DNA from: Camelus ferus
Taxonomy: Eukaryota
Length of the DNA stretch: 64,000 nt
Assembly: GCF_009834535.1 (NCBI RefSeq)
Contig: NC_045697.1
Coordinates: 25,732,001 to 25,796,000 of the forward strand
Reading direction: 5' to 3'
The notes below the pieces were generated by a model that searched no databases, had not been told where the DNA came from, and worked only from the letters and a program-made list of their open reading frames with translations. How positions within the stretch are numbered: position 1 is the first letter of the stretch; each line of letters opens with the position of its first letter. This document shows positions 36,740 through 49,468 of this stretch, piece by piece. The position numbers and the translations under genes were made by a program.

Positions 36740-38989
36740 GAGATACCACAATTTCTAAACAGAAAAAAAAGGCTTCCTCCAGACCTTCATGTGTGATGTT
36801 TCCTTGCTTACTCCTTTCTATCTCTTTCCCAGTAAAATTTCTGTACACTCACCCTTTTCAGAGGGGTTTCCCAGCTGATTCATGTGTCAACATGCACTAA
36901 CATGTAGATTAATGATATCATTTATAATTTGAATTATTTCATGATGTCTTAACCTTTGCCATTTTATTTAGTTCATGGATATCTTAACCCATAGAAGTGG
37001 CTAATGTGACATCTAAGACATCCAAGAAGATTAGAGTGTAAGAGGAAAAGTCAGAGAATAGAACAATGGATCAGAAAGGAGGTAAGTTAGATGAACCCAA
37101 CAATATGGGAAGAAATGCCTTCCCACCTAAGAAAAGTTGTCCCAGAGAAAGATACCTGCCAAAATTTCTGAGGCTGGGCACTTGTGTTTGCTGATAAACC
37201 TAGTCTTTGTTCTTTTCCACTAAAACTTTTAAATGCTTTTTTCCCCCATTTCTGGAGCCTGTTATGAATCATTTTATAGATCAAAGAAGAAAGAGAAAAC
37301 TATCAGCAGTTTGTCAGATACATTAGAAAGTAGAGAAATTCTCAAGATATGCATCAGTCTAAAGAGTCTAGGAAATTACTTCTCAAAAGTAACTGCTTAC
37401 CAGTGGACATTTGCCCTCCTAAATCACCAGGAATCAACTTTATTGAATCAGTTGAAGCAGCTCTTCATTTTTTTTTTCCTGTTGATCAGAATTTCATTAA
37501 GCTGTTCTTTAATGCTCCATGACTTTGTTTGCTCTGGATTTACATTACTCAACCATATCCCTTAAGCTTAATTAAGTTTGTTTGTTCATGCTTTGAGCAC
37601 TTTTCTCTGTTCTGCAGCAAAATGAGGTAAAAATCAAGGGACACTCCTTCATCTGTGAAGCTGTCAGTCCATCATATCATTTCTTGAATATTGATTTTGG
37701 GAGAGGTTGTGACATTCCCTAGGTAAGCATGTCAAGTTTGTTGACAGAGAGCTCTCTACTTAATTGAATATGATGCCCATACGGGAAGTGATGGAGTATG
37801 TCAGTGATGTGTAAGTTTTCTCTCCCACTCGGTATGCAGTGGAGGGTAATGCTATTCCATTGTGTACTGACCAGACTCCATGTGCCTTGTCTTATTACTT
37901 CAGCATCTTTTTTTGTCTTAAAGACCTCAAAGCAATGCAATTACTCATCCAAGAGATGATTATGCATTAAAAAAACCTGAAGCATGAAATATCAGATGAG
38001 GATAGTCACAAATGTTTTGCCACATGAGTAATAATTTTAATTTGGTCGCCAAACTTGCAATGTAGTTTTACTCATCTGTAATATGGGAGTAATGCCCATC
38101 CTTCCTGTCATTAACTACTTCTCCACAGTGTTGTAAAGATTAATTTATGTTCTTCAATGGCTTTTCAAATAAAAAGCATAGTGTAAATGTTCGTTTCTAA
38201 AGATAGCTTTCCCTGGCCAGAGCTAGCTTTTTCCCTGATTAATGTCTAAAATGCTGCATGAGAAATAAAATTGTTCTTGTACAATAACAAAGATGTATTT
38301 TTCAGTTAGTTTTAAAAGAGGGAGTACAGGTTAACTTACACAATGTTATATGTCAATTGTATCTCACACTGAGAAAAGGGAAGGTAATTTGAGAATGTTC
38401 TCAATACTTTACAAAACTTATTTTACTTATCAAACAAATTGCTTACTTGCAAAAAGTTTAGCTACATCAGCTTAAGAAATATATTATTTAAACCATTCCT
38501 TTATAATTTAAAAGTTTTTGATAGAAAAAAATAAATCACTGATTTTCACCCTAACAAATTACATTGTGTTGTACTGCTAAGTTATACAGATTAGTCTAAA
38601 ACCACTTCTTCTGATAATGTATGTAAAAATATTCTATGGAAACATTCTATAGAGTCTGGATTTTTCAAGGTTTCATTCGGTTCAAATACAGATTTAAATG
38701 ATTGGTCTCTAAGTCCTCTGGCTATTTCATATCTGGCAAAATTATAAGGTACAGAGTCTCATAAACATGAGTAAAAATGAGGGAAGAAATTCCGTGTGCT
38801 GGAACCTCTGATGAAGCATTAACATTGCTGTGCAGCTAAGTTACACATCGGGTGTTAAGGGGCTCAACATCCAACAGCCTGGTCTCCCGCGCCTTCCGTG
38901 CATGAAGGAATGTCAGTTACATTTTCTGGCCCCTTGTCAGTTTTACTTCTGCGCAAATGTCTTCTTGGTCCACTCACTCGCATTCGGTC

Positions 38990-39220
38990 TTTTTTCTAGA
39001 TCCTGCTGTAACTGGATGCATCTTAAACCCTTTATCTTGACATTTAAAGCACAGTGTCCCCAATACCCGAGAGCTGACTCGTTATCTCCACATACATGAC
39101 CCTCAGGTATCTTCTGAAACTCAACATCAAAAAGTGGTGCAATAAGCACGTTCTCCTACCTTCGATATCTGTTCCTGCTCTGCCCGAATGAATGACAACA
39201 CTATCCAATTAGTTGTATAC
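38990..39220 (+). mobile_element. L2 fragment
   Basis: atctccacatacatg..caggtatc..aaactcaacat...aatgacaacactatccaattagttg. Confidence 0.5.
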
Positions 39221-39279
39221 CCACGTCTTACCAAGAACACACGAAGATGCCCTGAGGACTTCCTAATCACTAATTTCTT

Positions 39280-39580
39280 GCAGAAATTTTTATTGAGCGT
39301 GCACTGTGTATACCAAGCAGCGTGTGAGGCATTGAACAGAATGCAAACTGTCCCTGTTCTCAGGTAGCTTGCTGTCAAATGGAAGAGATACGTGAAATAA
39401 GGATAATGGCTAATCCCAAGGGCATCAGTGAGACTCTATGACAGCATTTAAGACTATGTCATCCAGGTGGGATTTCCTGAGGAACTGATGACTGAGCCTA
39501 AATCAAAAGATTGAGAGAAGAGTATGAAGGTGAAGAAGGGAAGAGGATTGAGTGGGGAGGGCATTTCAGACAGAGACAAG
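39280..39580 (-). mobile_element. L2 3' fragment
   Basis: tttattgagcgtgcactgtgt..gtccctgttctcaggtagctt..ggcatttcagacagag. Confidence 0.6.
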
Positions 39581-39735
39581 ATAAAGTGTCCTCTTCTCCA
39601 CTTTTAATCAGACCCAAATCATGAATCCATGAGCTAATTCTCCCTCTTAAATACCAGATCTGCCCACCGAGCTCAACTTCCTCTAACTCTTCTTTTACTT
39701 GCTAGTATTATTTTATCATTACCTTAATATGCAGG

Positions 39736-40098
39736 GGTTAATGAACTGAATGCCTGTATACCCCAAATGCACATGTTGAAAACCTACCACCTCAGTGCAA
39801 TAGTATTAGGAGCTGGGGCCTTCAGGAAGTAAGTAGGATTAAATGAGATCATGAGGGTGAAGTCCCCATGAAGGGAATTACTGTCTTCATAGGAGTCACA
39901 AGAAGAGTTTGCTTCCAATCTCTACTCTCATCCAGAAGAGGCTAAAACAAGAAATTGGTAATCTGCAGCCTGGAAGAGGGCTATCACCAGAATTCAACCA
40001 GGCTGGTACCTTGATCTCAGACTACCAGACTCCAGAATGGTGAGAAATATTTTGCGTCACCTAATACTTTTTTATAGCAGCCCAGATTGACTAAGGCA
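39736..40098 (+). mobile_element. MLT1A-like MaLR solo LTR
   Basis: gaactgaatg...gtattaggagctggggcctt...atagcagcccagattgactaaggca; 5-bp TSD gcagg on both sides. Confidence 0.88.
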
Positions 40099-41199
40099 GC
40101 AGGCTATCAACATTTACATATTCTCAAAATCTTCCTTACTTCTTCAAAAGTTGCTCTAAAATCTCTTATCAAAATCTAGTCCAGTCCTCACAGACTTAAC
40201 CCTCTTTCTCCTCTCACTTCTCCTCTGCAAATTTCATTGTCTTCTGCCTTAAATTCTCCTTTCTTTTATAGTGGAAATCCTGATAGCTCTCAATCTTCCA
40301 AACGTCTCCAAGTGTTCTTGTTGTTTTGTTTGTTTGTTTTTTGGTGCTTTTTCTAATTGTCAAAGATGTACAAAATTTCTCATGGGGTAATGGAGAAGGA
40401 AAAGGAAGAATAAATTTCATATCTTTTATTTACTTTCTTTCCTTTTTTAAGTGGAGAGGACATAATTATATATTTCATAGTTTTATTTCTTAGTATGGCT
40501 CAAGTTTAGGCTCATATCTTTTCCTATATATTATGAGTTGAAAAAAATATTAATTCTAATTTAGAATAAGCTTATGAGTTTTATTTTATGACAAATGGTG
40601 AAAAGATGTTTTATTATAACAAAATATTTTAACCTGAACTTGAATATATTCTTGATATGGCATACCTGAGGAGAGAATCCAGACCTTATGAATGAATTAC
40701 TCTAAGAAAGTGAACAGGGTTTTGCATGGTAGCCATGCAATTCTATCTTACCCGGACCTACATTCCCCATCTACTATGTTAACATTCTGACTCTTTTTTT
40801 TTTTTTTTTAAGTCATTTTGTAGTGTAGGTCAGTGACAAGTTAGAAGCAATCTTTATTTCGCTCTAGTGCTTACAAGTATTCCAAATTCATGGGAATCAG
40901 CAGCATCCTGAAATTCAGTTAGAAGTATGAAAAAGTAAACAATCTGAAAGTACACTTTTCATAGCCCATATCATCTGCATACTATCACTTAATTTTCAAA
41001 AAATCTAGTGGGATGTTTTAATATTTATCCCTAGCAATAGAAATTAAAATTCATGGAAAATAATAAATTTGCTTTATAACATACACTATCAGCAGAGGAA
41101 TTAGAACAAGAATTGACTTAGCCAATAGCTAAATTCAGTGGTCAATTTTTTAGCCACTTCTCCCTCAATCTGGTATTTATATTTAATGATTCCAGTATT

Positions 41200-42390
41200 T
41201 TTAAATGGTTTTTTTGCCATCTGATCTCTGGGACACCATATTCCTTTATCATTTTTTCTTTATCTCACTGGCTGCTGCTTCTTACTTTCCTTTCCTCTCC
41301 CCTCATCACCATTCTGATTTCTAAATATTAGATTAAGATTAGTCTTTGGGTATCTTCTCTAACTGCACTAGATTCTTAGGTGATCTTAATTAGTCCCACG
41401 ACTAAATCACCAATTTGATACTTAGAAATACTCAAATTTATGCTTCCAAATAAGACCTGTCTCCAGAACTTCTGCTTCTTGTTCCATATTTTTATAATAT
41501 ATAAGTATATAGATCTCAAATTAAGTGTATGCACAACACAGTATAATCTTTGCTACAGTCTGGCCCTCCTTCAGTCTTCCCCATGCCCAGTATATGGTGA
41601 CTTTTCGTATTCAGTTGTTTAGGCAAAATTCTTCACTTTTTGTCACATCTAATCTCCATTATATGAAAATTTCATTAGTTTGACCTTAAAGTAAATGCAG
41701 AACAGAACACTTCTCACCACCTCCATGGCTAACACCCTCGAGAAAACAATGTCATCTTTCCCTTGGTTTGTTGCCTCCCTTGTAGCACTAACAATACTGT
41801 CAAAAAAAAAAAAAAAATCAGACTATGTTCTTTCCTTGCTTAAAGCTCTTTAGTGGCTTCCTGTCCCATAGTAAGAGCTTAATTCCTTAAAATCTCTGTG
41901 TGATCTTGCCCCCATTACCACTGTGACCTCATCTCCTACCCTAGCCTGCTCAACAATTTAACTCTAGTCTTTGGTGTTATTGCCATTGCTCCAGCACACT
42001 TAGGAATATTACACTGTCTGAGACTTTACACTTTCGTGTTTTCCTCCTAGAATGACTTCCCCAGGATATTTATGTGGCTTGCTCCCCAATTTCCTACAAA
42101 CGTATCAATAAAGTGCCAGCTTTCAAACATACTTACTATGACTATCCTGTACAAAGAACTCTCTTCAACTTGCTTTCACCTTGTCCTTCCTTGGACAGGA
42201 AGAAAAAAAGGTTTTTAAAATATCGTTATTGCCACTTAACGTTTATTTCTTTTATTTTTATTCTCCCCACATTACTTTTCAACTTCATGTCACCAAGGAC
42301 TGAAAACTCTCTTCATTCTTATTATTTTCAACCCCTGTTCCAATGTCTTATACAGAGGAGATTCAAAACAAGTATCTATTGAATGAATTA
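41200..42390 (+). mobile_element. L2 LINE fragment
   Basis: acttctcaccacctccatggctaacaccct, cttgcttaaagctcttttagtggcttcc-like segment, terminal aagtatctattgaatgaatt. Confidence 0.7.
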
Positions 42391-43929
42391 GCAATCCTCA
42401 AACACATTATGAACACATTAGAAATAGTAATAATAACCGTGAGTAAGAAACAGTGCATTGATCCAGGGAGCTTTGTCAAAATTCATTCACACTGTTATCT
42501 TTCTCCAATTACTCTTAAATATTGTATCAGATCCTTTCAATGGAGGAAAATTCTGACAATGTTCTCTTGATGATGCTGATTTAAAAATCTCTCCCTCAAA
42601 TCTTTGAAACTCTTGGACTTCCACTAGCTCCAAACAGCATAATTGTCTTCATGGAGTTTCAAAGCCACTCAGGAAATATTTTTGACAATTAGTAAGACAG
42701 GATGAGTTATGAGATTACAGTTAATGTGACAGTTCCAAGTAAATGCTTGACGCATTATCACTTACCTGGGAGGATGTAGGTAAATGATGGATAGACTCCA
42801 AATGCCTAAAAAACTACTTCACAGTGAACTACCAATACAGAAAGGTCACAACCAACCCTCAGGGTCCCTGAGGCTCCCGTGTAAACCAGGAAGTAAGGTT
42901 TGAGATAGTGGATCTATGTAAGTATATTAGAACAGCAGTTATAATTGTGCATAAGAGACTCAGGTGAATAATAAGGATCATGTCATTTTTATCTCTGAAT
43001 TGGACTTCTAATACGAAGCCCCACTTTACCTCTTAGCAGAAATTAATCTCATTCTTTTCTTTTTTTTCCTGTTTCACATCCTTTTCCTTGAAGCTGATTC
43101 TGAAATCTGTAGTCTTCATATAATGGCAAGGTATGGGATGGAGATGGAATTGCATTGTTTAATTGAATTGACTACATTTATTTAATGGAATCTGTTAATG
43201 ATGGCATCCACTAAGAGTTAGATCTTTCCATATGGCCACCTCTCAGTTTTCTATCAGTTGTAATAGCTTTTTAGGTTTTGCAGGTCTTTAGTCAATCTGA
43301 TAAACAGGTAACATTTTTCTGCTTCAGTAAAAATTTGAGTGTTTCAGATAGTTCTTTCCCACTCCCAATTCCCTGCTGTTCTTAAACAAATGGAGTTTGC
43401 TTGCCAAGTACATGACATCTTATGCTGCTCAGATGTTCTGTGCTCCACAACATTCTTGCCACTCTTCTGCGCACGAGACTTGTTCTGCTCTTTCTGTAAT
43501 TTTCTGGGACTTCCTTGAAGCTATCCTAAATCCTGTCTAAGGATGTCACAGAATTATATATTCTTAGGGGCCCTACTCTCTGCTCTTACATCCAAAAATC
43601 CTTTAGGATTTACAAAGTTCTCCTTTTTAACCTCCAACTCTTTCCTAACTCCCAGACCAGAAAACATTACAAATCACAGGATAGATAGTCCTGCTCTAAA
43701 GTCATAATTTTATTGTATTTTCCCAATATACGTTGTGTTTGCCTGGAATCCTCTCTATTTCTCCCCACTCATTCCACTTTCATCCTTTTTTTAAAGTTCC
43801 TTTTTTTTCCTCTTTGAGATGGTAAGTACTCTCATAAAATGATGAAAGAGTGGATTGGAGGAGGTGACAAATGGTAAAAAAAAATACAAGAAACAAAAGC
43901 AAGGAAGAGAAATAATGTTTTCAAAACTC

Positions 43930-44646
43930 ACAGTCATCAAAACTGTAGATACAGGAAGTAGAACAATGATTTCCAGGGGGCTGAAAGGAGAGGGAAACGG
44001 GAGATTGATGTTTAATGGGAACAGAATTTCAGTTTTACAAGATGAAAAAAGTTACTGTTGCATAACATTATGGATGGATTTAATACCACTGAATTGTACA
44101 CTTAAGATGGTTAAGATGTGTATATCTGGGTATTTAAGTTTGAATAAAAATGCTAGCAGAAGATGGATCTGAAAAAGGCAGTGAGGTCAAAAACACATTA
44201 GTAAGAACAGTTGGAACTTAAAACTGTATAATACAAAATATTTAGCTGTGATCCTCACATTAACACTCACTGCCTCTTCTAAGCAATCTTGTAGTTGAAT
44301 CACTTTATCCCCAGGGCTCCTCCCTTCCATAAAACCCTGCCTCTGATATTTCATCACAATTAGGATGTCAATGACATTGAAACCTAAGGAGTTATCCTTT
44401 CTTGGAGGCTGACACACCCAGAGATAGTGTCCAAAAGTAAAGGTAGGAAGTTGTAACCGTGGACATGCCAATGGGTGAGGGAAGCTTGAGGACCTGAGGC
44501 TGCGCTCTGTCCTCATCCCCATGATTACACTGTGGGCCTTACACCGGCTTGTTACATTAGGCATGGGGACACACTAAGACAGAAGTGAAAAAAATTTTAA
44601 GATGGTAAATTTTATGTTATATGCATTTTACCATCATTTAAAAAAT
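43930..44646 (+). mobile_element. old LINE-1 3' end (L1MB-type), split by an insert
   Basis: ttccagggggctga..tttaatgggaacagaatttcagttttacaagatgaaaaa..ccactgaattgtacacttaagatggttaagatg, resuming as gtaaattttatgttatatgcattttacca plus A-tail. Confidence 0.85.
44119..44596 (+). other. 478-bp unique-looking insertion with TSD and short A-tail (retroposed sequence of unknown origin)
   Basis: ttaagatg at 44111-44118 and 44597-44604; A7 at 44588-44594; host L1 sequence is continuous once the insert is removed. Confidence 0.7.
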
Positions 44647-45062
44647 AGGAATAAATGCCTTATTTTGTCAGATATAAGAGTATGGAACATTTGCCAATGA
44701 TACATGGTTTCTTAATACCCCAGATCTCCCTAAATAGTACTTCCTCAACTAATCAGTGTTTTCTTTGCATAGCACCCCATACACACACCCAGTTAAGAAT
44801 ATGGTACCTTAGTGCTGAATTCTTAAAGTCATACTAGTATGAAAATGGTTATCAACAGCCTACTTTTCTTCAAGAAAGAAAGAAATCATTTATATAATAA
44901 AAGGATCATATGGGAAGGATCTAAGGATAAAATATAATGGAAGAGGGGTAAGGAGCATGTTCAGACATTTTGGCATAGACAGGTCTCATGCTGCTGCAGG
45001 TGTCAGCATGCAGGCCTACACAGGAGACTGAATCAGGTGTGTGAACACAAAGTAAAATTTCT

Positions 45063-45458
45063 TATATCAGTCAGCATGAGTAACGCTGGCTGCTATGACA
45101 AAAAAAAAATTCCAAATCTTAATCAGTTGACACAATACAAGTTATCTCTTTTGTAATCAAAATAAAACATGGATATTTCTGACTGGGCTATTTTCCTAGT
45201 GGCTGGCTTCCCAGCAGTCACTCGGCTTCAGGCTGCCCACACCTTGGGTACCACCCACCATCCTCAATGTGCAGACTACAGTGTCACTGTATAACACAAG
45301 GATGTTTACTGTCTCCAATCGGCAAGTGGTAACCTCACTTCCAACCTGATGCCAGTGAACCCAATTACTTATGTGGCTCACCTAGATTAAGAGGCTGAAA
45401 CATGTAGTCTTCTTCAATGGAAATTCTTTGGTGAATGCATAGCTTTATCACTGCCACA
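45063..45458 (-). mobile_element. MLT1I/J-like MaLR LTR
   Basis: tatatcagtcag..gctgctatgacaaa..ccaaatctt start; aaacatgtagtc..tggtgaatgcatagc..ctgccaca end. Confidence 0.65.
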
Positions 45459-45889
45459 GGACTTTATGACCAACTCTTTGAAAGACAGGAAAGGAGGGAA
45501 GAGACTTTAACAAAAATAAGCCCTCTAACAGCAGCTGTAGCTTCCAGCTAAAAGCTAGTTTGCCAGAGAATGAAGCATTAAAATGCCTGGTGGTCAGGCA
45601 TTTGCCTTTTCTGCCTTTCCCACCCCTCTCTGGTAATAGCAACATCTTGGAATATGAGAGCATAATGGACAGCAGTATGTCAATAACTATTAAGTGTCAA
45701 AGGGATAGAAATCAGATACAAATGAAAAATCCTGAACTGTTGCCTAGGTTTTAATTCTAAGCCCTCAAACAAGTTTGACAGGAAGGCCATATCTTCAATT
45801 ACTCATAACCCCATTTTCATACAAGAGAGTCTCCCATCTTTTATGAAGTCTCCCACCATACCCTACCCATCCTCATTACTACCACATAA

Positions 45890-45890
<1 letters not shown>

Positions 45891-45920
<30 letters not shown>
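45891..45920 (+). repeat. (CA)15 microsatellite
   Basis: Read directly. Confidence 0.97.
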
Positions 45921-45922
<2 letters not shown>

Positions 45923-47249
45923 TAAAGGACAATAGAAGAAAGAAGTTGAACTTTGTGGAAAATAGAAAAGGTAGAAGGAATTTTGGAAAGAAAGCAGAGA
46001 GGAAATAGGGGTTCTGACTAATCTCTAATATTAGTGACTATCAAGAAAATATTTAAGCAAAAAAAGCAGAGGTGTGGGATTTTTCAAGTAACATTTTGAA
46101 ATGAAAAATCAGCAATGAGTTGAAAAAAAAAAAAACAAAAAAAACCCAAGAGGTGATTGTTCTGATGTTCATGCTAGGATTTAAATTTAGCTTTTAAAAT
46201 TTTCCTGCTCTAACAGCTTTGACATTTAAAAAAATAAAGAACTTTTACAAAGTTAAGTATATTCTGTTGCATTTAAAGCACTCTGTGTGTTCAGTAAATG
46301 TCATAATGCCATTAAATCACCTTCACAGACATGCAATTTTATCCTCTTGCTGTGGGCTCTTAATACAATGAGTGCTTCAGGGAATACAAGGTAGAGCCCG
46401 GGAGCCTGGCTAGAAGTTTTCAAATCCTTAGAGTTGAGCTTGAATTTTCCTACTGTGTCATTAAGAAAGATTCTCAATTAGTGTGGTATTTACTCTCTCT
46501 TATTTTGTTTTTATAAGATTCATCTTTCAAAAATTTCCATCTGTAAAATATATTCATTTAATTAGAAAAGTGTATAAAAATTAATACCTGAAAAATAGCA
46601 GTTTATCATATTGCTTTCATATATGACATAACCAAGTGTGTTGCTAGGCAACTGGCTATGGCTTTTGGAAAACTACATACTTTATAATAGATTACTTTAG
46701 AGGCACTTTTTCAAAACAAATAGAATAGAGTTATCTAAAAGCATCTCCTGAAACTCTATATAGAAAATGGAAAATGGTTTTTTAAAAAGTCAACATCTCC
46801 AAAAGTGAGGAGGAGATGCTTCTGTCATATAGGTACTGAAGTTTTCATTTTGCAGAGACAAGAGAGAGAGAAATTGAGATAGAGAGCTTAAATTTGTTTA
46901 TAAGCATTCAAACTGCTAATGGAAATGTTAATTATAAATTATTCATTATATTTAATTTTATTCAAATATTCCTTTGGTTAGGGAAAACATTATAATCACT
47001 TGGAAAAACTGAACTAAAAAATAGATTTTTAATAAATAAACTTAAAGTAAATTTCTGAAGCCCTGGTTCTGTCTACTGATTTCCCAACTACTCTCTTATG
47101 TATAGAAATGGTTAGCAAACTAAAGGGACTGTTTTTGGTGACTAGCACTCCTCAGTAATGATTTAATTTAGTATGGAAAGGATTATTGCATTGAGTAGAA
47201 ATTCAGAATACTTAATATCTAAAGTCTATTCCAAACTCAATTTTTTATG

Positions 47250-48180
47250 ACTTTAAAGTGTTATCTTTATTCTTTAACAGAATATTTTAAATGATAAAGT
47301 GATATATGTTAGCTATAGAAATTCTGAGAAATATAGAAACACATTAAAAAAAAAGATTTATCACTCCCAATATTAAAACCTAAAAAAATTATATTTTATT
47401 ATAAATCTTATTAGACATTTTCTTTTAATTTTGTTATTAATATTTTAGTATTAATCTTATTAGACATTTTCTTCTATATGTGTTATTTTAGATTATTCAT
47501 TTTTGCTTTCATTTTTTTATCAATTTGATATTCTATATATCATATCATATATATAAGATATAAAATTATATATGAGATATGTAGTATATATGCATATCAT
47601 ATTTATAGTTTACCTTTTCCAGTTAGTTATATTGTGAGCATTTTTTCATATGTAACTTCTTTGAAATATGTTTTTGTATAAGTGAGTGACAGCCACGATA
47701 TGGCTGTAACATTATTTAGTCATTTTACTATAATTGGGATCTTTCACCAATTTTTCATTATTATAAATAATGCTGCATTGAATACTCTTACTTACAAATC
47801 ATGATTCACATATCTGTTGATTTCCTTAGGGTAGGTGGCTGCAAGCACATTTACTGAGTCAAAGGGTACATATTATTTTAAGACTGTAAATACATATTTC
47901 TTGTTGTTTTTCAGTAAGCAAAAGAAAAAAAAAGAGTCTACCTTCTTAAAAAATACCAATGGATAAGAATGGGTAATGCAACCTCATTGACACTAGATAT
48001 TACTAGATTAAACATTACGTCAGTTTAAAGACAAAGAGCCTTTTGTGGTTTTACTGAAATTGGATATAATTTTTCTTATGGTCTATATTTCTTTCTTTTT
48101 TTTTTTTTTTTTTTGTAAATTTGGGTCCTTTGCCCATTTTTCAGTTCAAGCATTCATGCCTTTCTTTTTAATTTTGTAAG
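47250..48180 (-). mobile_element. ancient L1ME-type 3' region
   Basis: ttataaataatgctgcattgaata, tttccttagggtag, gagtcaaagggta, cctttgcccattttt motifs. Confidence 0.55.
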
Positions 48181-48400
48181 TTTTTAACCTACATTTATTG
48201 GGGTGACACGTTTCAGAAAGCTGGATTTATTTGGACTCTTTTTAGTGTAATTAAGATGGAAGTTTCAAGATATTGAAAAAGACAGAGTCCAGTCTAAGAT
48301 TTTTGTATCTTACAGCAGGGACAGCTATCTATTGGAGGCTATCTAGCCAAGAATTATGTTTGAGGAATTATGTTTTAAGGAATTATGCTTCTTTAGTTCT

Positions 48401-48850
48401 TTTGTGTGTGTGTGTGTAGTTTTTTTTAATTGAAGTATAGTCAGTTACAATGTGTCAATTTCTCATGTACAGCATAATGTCTCAGTCATGCATATATATA
48501 CATATATTCATTTTCATATTCTTTTTCATTAAAGGTTATTACAAGATATTGAATATAGTTCCCTGTGCTATACAGCAGACAGATTTTTTTTTATCAATTT
48601 TTATATATAATGGTTAACACCTCATATCTCAGACTCCCAAACTCTCAGACTATCCCTTCCCACCCTCTTCCCCTGTAAACAACCATAAGATTGTTTACTA
48701 TGTCTGCAAGTCAATATTTCTGTTTTGTAGATGAGTTCATTAGTGTCCTCTTTTTTATTTTTATTTTTTTAGAGTCCACATATGAGTGATATCATATGGT
48801 ATTTTTCTTTCTCTTTCAGACTTACTTTGCTTAGAATGACGATCTCCAGG
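48401..48850 (-). mobile_element. LINE-1 3'UTR fragment with (GT)n in the tail
   Basis: ttttaattgaagtatagtcagttacaatg...; TSD tt(c/g)tttagttct at 48389-48400 and 48851-48862. Confidence 0.93.
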
Positions 48851-49468
48851 TTGTTTAGTTCTAATTGTTGTCTTTACTTCTAGTGGAAACATCCTCAGTC
48901 TCTGCCAGTCAGATGCTGACTATGAAGAAGTTCTAAGGGGTGGCAGAGCCATCACAGAAAGAGCTCCAGTGCTTGTGTCACCAACTGGAGGAGTGCCACC
49001 TATTCACGAATCCCTCCCTTGATTGTTGCTTGCATGAGAAATAATCTTCCAGAATTTTGTGCTCTCTTTGCTTTAGCTGCTCTATTTCAATAATGCACTG
49101 ATAATCTGTTCCCTGAGAGACATCATTTCCCTTCTTCAGCTCTCTGCAAAGGTAAATCCCAGTGCTCACTTGATCATGAGGCAAATCTAGAATTTTTTAC
49201 ACATAACTCATGGCCAACCTCTGAGGTCACACCAAGTGACAGCCTCAGAAGAAGGTGTTCTTACCCCTTGTGTTATTTCCCCTGGGACAGAGAAGATTGA
49301 CCACCACAAATCACACACTTCTTAATCTCATTTTATTTACCCTTGTGGGATTTATAGTGATGTTTATTCAAAGTTTCTTTTCTCACCTCATTTGAGACCT
49401 TAAAAGATAGTCTCTTTTCTCTCAATAAAATTTAATGAGGAAGCAAAAAATAGACACTTTTCATAGCA

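Noticed and set aside
44330..44500. Faint resemblance of a + frame (PLIFHHN, WTCQWV..GP) to the vesiculovirus glycoprotein N-terminus
   Set aside because: Motif spacing does not fit and the frame has about 11 stops across the insert; treated as chance unless BLASTX says otherwise
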